From positions 1 to 25,068 of the IMG/VR virus record IMGVR_UViG_3300032250_000269: a stretch of DNA of 25,068 nucleotides; one strand, written 5' to 3'. Below, piece by piece: positions 24,203-25,068 of this stretch. The notes beneath the pieces were generated by a model. It searched no databases. It was not told the DNA's origin and was given only the letters and a program-made list of their open reading frames with translations. The translations under genes and the position numbers were made by a program. The first letter of the stretch is position 1; every line of letters starts with the position of its first letter. The stretch is from a virus (lineage: Duplodnaviria > Heunggongvirae > Uroviricota > Caudoviricetes).

Positions 24203-25068
24203 ATGGATTGGTTGGATAGAAAATATATTGGTTACATTTCTAATAGACTTCGTAACTACAAACAAAAATCAGAAAATCTTTACAATTTCTCATGTCCTAT
24301 ATGTGGAGACTCCAAAACAGATAAAAGAAAAGCACGTGCTTACTTCTATGAAAAGAAGGGTAAGGCATGGATGTGCTGTCACAATTGTAGTGCCGGTATG
24401 ACTGTTGATAGATTTATCAAATATCTAGATCAAACTCTATATAATGAATATGTCAAAGAACGTTTGTTGGCTAATGGTCATCAACGCAGAAAGACTGATG
24501 TTGAACTCTTCGCTGAAAAGATGAAGAAGCCAAAGTTCATGAAGGCAAGTCCTTTGATGAAACTCAAAAAATTATCTCTACTTAATGCTTCAGGTCCAAC
24601 ACGTTTGTATGTTGATGGTCGTAGAATCCCTACATCTATGCACCATAAACTTTTCTATTGCAAGAACTTTAAGGCATGGGTGAATAGTTTTATTCCCGGA
24701 AAGTTTGAGAGTGAAGAAAACGATGAAGCACGTTTAATCATTCCTTTCATTGATCAGGATGGAGAATTTTTTGGTTTTCAAGGTCGTTCACTGGCCAAGG
24801 AAAGTAATCTAAGATACATCACAATTATTCTTGACGAAGATCAACCAAAGCTGTATGGGCTAGATACGGTTAAACTTGACAGAACTATATACGTATTGGA
24901 AGGACCGATTGATTCGATGTTCATTCCAAATGCTATTGCATCTGCTGGTAGTGATCTTATATCTAACCTAAGATCACTAAGCACTGACAAGAGCAAGTTT
25001 GTGATCGTGTTCGATAATGAACCACGAAACAAAGAGATTGTCAAGAAGATCGAAAGAGCAATTGAACA
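24203..25068 (+). CDS. 61: DNA primase gp61 (partial, runs off the window end)
   Basis: MDWLDRKYI; Zn finger CPICGDS...CHNC; GFQGRSL; TOPRIM YVLEGPIDSMF and VIVFDNEPRN; no stop before the end. Confidence 0.95.
   Translation, partial: MDWLDRKYIGYISNRLRNYKQKSENLYNFSCPICGDSKTDKRKARAYFYEKKGKAWMCCHNCSAGMTVDRFIKYLDQTLYNEYVKERLLANGHQRRKTDVELFAEKMKKPKFMKASPLMKLKKLSLLNASGPTRLYVDGRRIPTSMHHKLFYCKNFKAWVNSFIPGKFESEENDEARLIIPFIDQDGEFFGFQGRSLAKESNLRYITIILDEDQPKLYGLDTVKLDRTIYVLEGPIDSMFIPNAIASAGSDLISNLRSLSTDKSKFVIVFDNEPRNKEIVKKIERAIE

Noticed and set aside
1006-25044. All minus-strand ORFs and short alternate-frame plus-strand ORFs in the track (e.g. 11172-11534, 19963-20445, 24841-25044, 12698-12910)
   Set aside because: They overlap well-supported + strand genes, lack RBSs and motifs, and look like shadow frames.
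1-25068. tRNA or rRNA genes, integrase, transposase
   Set aside because: No cloverleaf or T-loop signature in the short intergenic gaps, and no recombinase or transposase motifs seen.

Overview
AT-rich fragment of a T4-like myovirus genome; all credible genes are on the + strand. Left (1-5330): replication core, with the tail of an upstream ORF, the C-terminal two-thirds of family B DNA polymerase gp43 as a separately initiated ORF, uvsX and helicase gp41. Middle (5354-13101): accessory block with two HNH/AP2 endonucleases, a Zn-dependent deaminase, a seven-gene sugar-modification cluster and a DenV-like glycosylase that appears to start at ATT. Right (13134-24111): a late-transcribed island (TATAAATA promoters, cUUCGg terminators) with ParB-like proteins, a repeat-containing structural protein, a Dps-like ferritin, Glu-punctuated modular proteins and a spanin/holin cassette, followed by primase gp61 running off the end. 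The most interesting signal is in the late island. Two small proteins begin with T4 internal-protein-like capsid targeting sequences (MKTLKQFLDEA, MKTLKNFISEC), and two large proteins look like strings of short modules separated by prohead-protease-like xxE linkers. One module is a complete SpoT/Mesh1-type HD hydrolase. I infer a head-packaged, protease-processed effector cargo system; this is untested. All family assignments come from motif recognition, not database searches.
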